A program made the translations under genes and the position numbers. Shown in pieces: positions 40,113-44,402 of a stretch of 44,402 bases of DNA. Every line of letters begins with the position of its first letter. Position 1 is the first letter of the stretch. Source of the stretch: Callorhinchus milii (Eukaryota); contig NW_024705441.1 in the NCBI RefSeq assembly GCF_018977255.1, positions 1 through 44,402 of the forward strand. Reading direction: 5' to 3'. The notes under the pieces were generated by a model. It made no database searches. It worked only from the letters and a program-made list of their open reading frames with translations, and was not told the origin of the DNA.

Positions 40113-41723
40113 ATTAAATTTTAATGATTGCCTTTTACGAAGTTTAATAATTTTAATTATTTTAGTGTTCGATCTTGTAGCGAAGATTCTAACAAATTTT
40201 TTTGCGTACCAATCTGAAGGTAAGTGACATTTGCTGCGATTCTAACCCAAACCCTAACACCTAACCCTAACCATAACCATAACCATAACCTAATAACACT
40301 AACCTAACCCTAACCCAAAAATAAGCATAATTTGGCTTATATGTTTTATTTCTATGTTTTATATGATAATATCGAGTGAGATAAAATGTTTAGAAGTAAT
40401 CATTTTCTAAAAATAATTCAAACTAGTGGTCAAAACATCCACCAAAATAAAAGTGCCGAGATTTTTTTCAAAATATTGCGTGAACTTAAATCGTAATTGT
40501 TTTTATGATATTTGTTACGATCTCCACATCAAATTTTTCATAGAATTTTTTTAGTCGCAGGAATATACCCACTGAAACAAATTAATAGCACCATGAACAA
40601 CATTCAACCAAATAAACTTGTGTAGATTTTTCATTAAAAAATCCATTTCAATAAATTTTAAAGTAAAAAAACAAACAAAATTATGCTTGTTTTTGAACAA
40701 GATGCATAGAAATTTCTTTAATGAAAAATCAAATAAATGTTTTTAATGTAGTTTTTGAAAATTTACTTTTTAAAAATTTAATATGTAATGTCATAAAATC
40801 ATTAAAATTATTAGAATGTGTTCATATAGGTATATGAATTTCTGTGCATTTTATTGAAAAACAAATTAAATTTTAATGATTGCCTTTTAATAAGTTCAAT
40901 AATTTTAATTATTTTAGTGTACGATCTTGTAGGGAAAATTCTAATAAATTTTTTGCGAACCAATCTGAAGGCAAGTGATATTTGCTGCGATAATAACCCT
41001 AACCCTAAACCTAACCCAAAATAAGTATATTGTGGCTTATACGTTTTATTTCTATGTTTTATATAATAATATCGAGTGAGATAAAAGGTTTAGAAGAAAT
41101 CATTTTAGAAAAATAATTCAAACGAGTGGTCAAAACATCCACCAAAATAAAAGTGCCGAGATTTTCTTCAAAATATTGCGTGAACGTAAATCGTAATTCT
41201 TTTTATGATATTTGTCACGATCTTCACATGAAATTTTTCATAGAATTTTTTTTAATCGCCGGAATATTCCTCCTTAAATAAATTGTCATTTGTTAGTAGC
41301 ACCAGGAAGAAAAGAAAAGAATGTGAAACAACATTCAACAAAATGAAGTTGTGTAGATTTTTCATAAAAAATCCATTTCAATAAATTTTAAGGTAAAAAA
41401 ACAACAAAAATTATGCTTGTTTTTGAACAAGATGCAGAGAAATTTCTTTAATGAAAAATCAAATAAATGTTTTCAATGTAGTTTTTAAGAATTTTACTTT
41501 TTAAAAATTTAATATGTAATGTCATAAAATCATTAAAATTATTTGAATGTATTCATATAGTTATATGAATTTCTGTGCATCTTATTCAAAAACAAATTAA
41601 ATTTTAATGATTGCCTTTTACGAAGTTTAATAATTTTAATTATTTTAGTGTTCGATCTTGTAGCGAAGATTCTAACAATTTTTTTGCGTACCAATCTGAA
41701 GGTAAGTGACATTTGCTGCGATT

Positions 41724-41790
41724 CTAACCCAAACCCTAACCCTAACCCTAACGCTAACCCTAACCATAACCCTAACACTAACCCTAACCC
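41724..41790 (-). repeat. Degenerate interstitial telomere-like (TTAGGG)n tract within an A-type monomer (representative of 9 tracts)
   Basis: ctaacccaaaccctaaccctaaccctaacgctaaccctaaccataaccctaacactaaccctaaccc. Confidence 0.9.
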
Positions 41791-42941
41791 AAAAATAAGC
41801 ATAATTTGGCTTATATGTTTTATTTCTATGTTTTATATGATAATATCGAGTGAGATAAAATGTTTAGAAGTAATCATTTTCTAAAAATAATTCAAACTAG
41901 TGGTCAAAACATCCACCAAAATAAAAGTGCCGAGATTTTTTTCAAAATATTGCGTGAACTTAAATCGTAATTGTTTTTATGATATTTGTTACGATCTCCA
42001 CATCAAATTTTTCATAGAATTTTTTTAGTCGCAGGAATATACCCACTGAAACAAATTGTCAGTTGTTAATAGCACCATGAAACAACATTCAACCAAATAA
42101 AGTTGTGTAGATTTTTCATTAAAAAATCCATTTCAATAAATTTTAAAGTAAAAAAACACAAATACAATTATGCTTGTTTTTGAACAAGATGCATAGAAAT
42201 TTCTTTAATGAAAAATCAAATAAATGTTTTTAATGTAGTTTTTGAAAATTTACTTTTTAAAAATTTAATATGTAATGTCATAAAATCATTAAAATTATTA
42301 GAATGTGTTCATATAGGTATATGAATTTCTGTGCATTTTATTGAAAAACAAATTAAATTTTAATGATTGCCTTTTAATAAGTTCAATAATTTTAATTATT
42401 TTAGTGTACGATCTTGTAGGGAAAATTCTAATAAATTTTTTGCGAACCAATCTGAAGGCAAGTGATATTTGCTGCGATAATAACCCTAACCCTAAACCTA
42501 ACCCAAAATAAGTATATTTTGGCTTTCTGTTTTATTTCTATGTTTTGTATAATAATATCGAGTGAAATAAAATGTTTAGAAGAAATCATTTTAGAAAAAT
42601 AATTCAAACGAGTGGTCAAAACATCCACCAAAATATTGCCTGAACGTAAATCGTAATTCTTTTTATGATATTCGTCACGATCTTCACATGAAATTTTTCA
42701 TAGAATTTTTTTAATCGCCGGAATATACCCACTGAAATAATTGTCATTTGTTAATAGTACCGTGAAACAACATTCAACAAAATGAAGTTGTGTAGATTTT
42801 TCATAAAAAATCCATTTCAATAAATTTTAAACTTAAAAAAACAAACAAAATTATGCTTGTTTTTGAACAAGATGCAGAGAAATTTCTTAAATGAAAAATC
42901 AAACAAATGTTTTTAATGTAGTTTTTAAACATTTACTTTTT

Positions 42942-43823
42942 GGATGGATGGATGGATGGATCTTTGTATGTATGGATGGATGGACGGTTGGATGGATGGA
43001 TGGATGGATGGATGGATGGATGGATGGATGGATGGATCGATGGATGGATGGATGGATGGATGGATGGATAGACAGATAGTTAGATGGACAGATAGACAGA
43101 TAGATAGACGGAAGGACGGACGGGCGGACGGATGGAAGGACCAATGCATAGATGGATGGATGGATGGATGGATGGATGGATGGATGGATGGATGGATGGA
43201 TGGATGGATGGATGGATGGATGGATGGATGGATGGATGGATGATGGATGGATGGATGGATGGATGGATGGACGGACGGATGGATGGATGGATGGATCGAT
43301 GGATGGATGGATGGATAGACGATAGTTAGATGGACAGATAGACAGATAGGTAGACGGAAGGACGGACGGCGGACGGACGGAAGGACGGATCGATGGATGG
43401 ATGGGTGGATGGATGGATGGATGGATGGATGGATGGATGGATCGATGGATGGATGGATGGATGGATGGATAGACAGATAGTTAGATGGACAGATAGACAG
43501 ATAGATAGACGGAAGGACGGACGGGCGGACGGATGGAAGGACCAATGCATAGATGGATGGATGGATGGATGGATGGATGGATGGATGGATGGATGGATGG
43601 ATGGATGGATGGATGGATGGATGGATGGATGGATGGATGGATGGATGGATGGACGGACGGACGGATGGATGGATGGATGGATCGATGGATGGATGGATGG
43701 ATAGACGATAGTTACATGGACAGATAGACAGATAGGTAGACGGAAGGACGGACGGGCGGACGGACGGAAGGACGGATCGATGGATGGATGGGTGGATGGA
43801 TGGATGGATGGATGGATGGATGG

Positions 43824-43855
<32 letters not shown>

Positions 43856-44402
43856 TTGGATGGATGGATGGATGGATGGCTAGACGGACGGACGAACGGA
43901 CAGACGGACGGACGGACGGAAGGACGGACGGACAGACGGACGGATGGACGGACGGATGCATAGAAGGATGGATGGATGGATGGATTGAAGGATGGATGGA
44001 TGGATGGATGGATGGATGGATGGATGCATGATGGATGGATGGATGATGGATGGATGGATGGATGGATGGATGGATGGATGATGGATGGATGGATGGATGG
44101 ATGGATGGATGGATGGATGGATGGATGGATGGATGGCTAGACGGATGGACGAACGGACAGACGGACGGACGGACGGACGGACGGACGGACGAACGGACGG
44201 ACGGACGGATGCATAGAAGGATGGATGGATGGATGGATGGATGGATGGATGGATGGATGGATGGATGGATGGATGGATGGATGGTCGGACGGACGGACGG
44301 ACGGACGGATGGATGGATGGATAGACGGAGAGATAGACGGACGGACGTTCAGACGGACGGACGGACGGACGGACGGATGGATGGATGGATGGATGGATGG
44401 AC
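42942..44402. repeat. (GGAT)n/(GGAC)n block, inverted duplicate of ~35214-36714; runs off the window end
   Basis: ggatctttgtatgtatgg (~42958) is the reverse complement of ccatacatacaaagatcc (~36681). ggaaggaccaatgcat x2 (~43135, ~43535) mirrors atgcattggtccttcc x2 (~36090, ~36506). gacgttcagacg (~44345) mirrors cgtctgaacgtc (35261). Confidence 0.95.

Larger units (their letters stand above)
39701..42941 (+). repeat. AT-rich satellite array, ~4.4 monomers organised as an A/B dimer (~1.48 kb)
   Basis: ATCGAGTGA occurs at 40371, 41071, 41845 and 42557 (spacings 700, 774, 712). CCCTAA tracts alternate long and short: 40242-40316, 40994-41017, 41724-41790, 42481-42504. Confidence 0.96.

Overview
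Gene-free, entirely repetitive eukaryotic DNA, probably animal (inferred from the TTAGGG-type tracts); heterochromatin- or subtelomere-like. No credible CDS, RNA gene or CRISPR array is present, and every ORF in the track is a translation artefact of repeats. The window alternates two kinds of material. (i) Very long compound microsatellite blocks: (CA)n with a 13-bp quasi-palindromic core (1-4048), (GA)n (5761-12974) and a family of related tetranucleotides (TCTA/TCTG/TCCG/TCCA/CCCA and complements; 13112-23255, 24927-36714, 38680-39660, 42942-end). Several of these hide ~0.7-2 kb higher-order units. (ii) Islands of one AT-rich ~700-775 bp tandem repeat family. Its monomer carries a 28-bp inverted repeat, a 20-bp palindrome and a degenerate (CCCTAA)n tract, and the monomers form an A/B dimer. 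The most notable property is architectural. The satellite islands and microsatellite blocks flip orientation repeatedly, reuse the same monomer positions as breakpoints, and form nested inverted duplications, including arms of at least 3.4 kb. Several junctions carry micro-duplication scars. This fits a foldback/TE-derived satellite system or repeated fold-back rearrangement. No protein-coding system can be supported, and assembly error in such sequence cannot be excluded.
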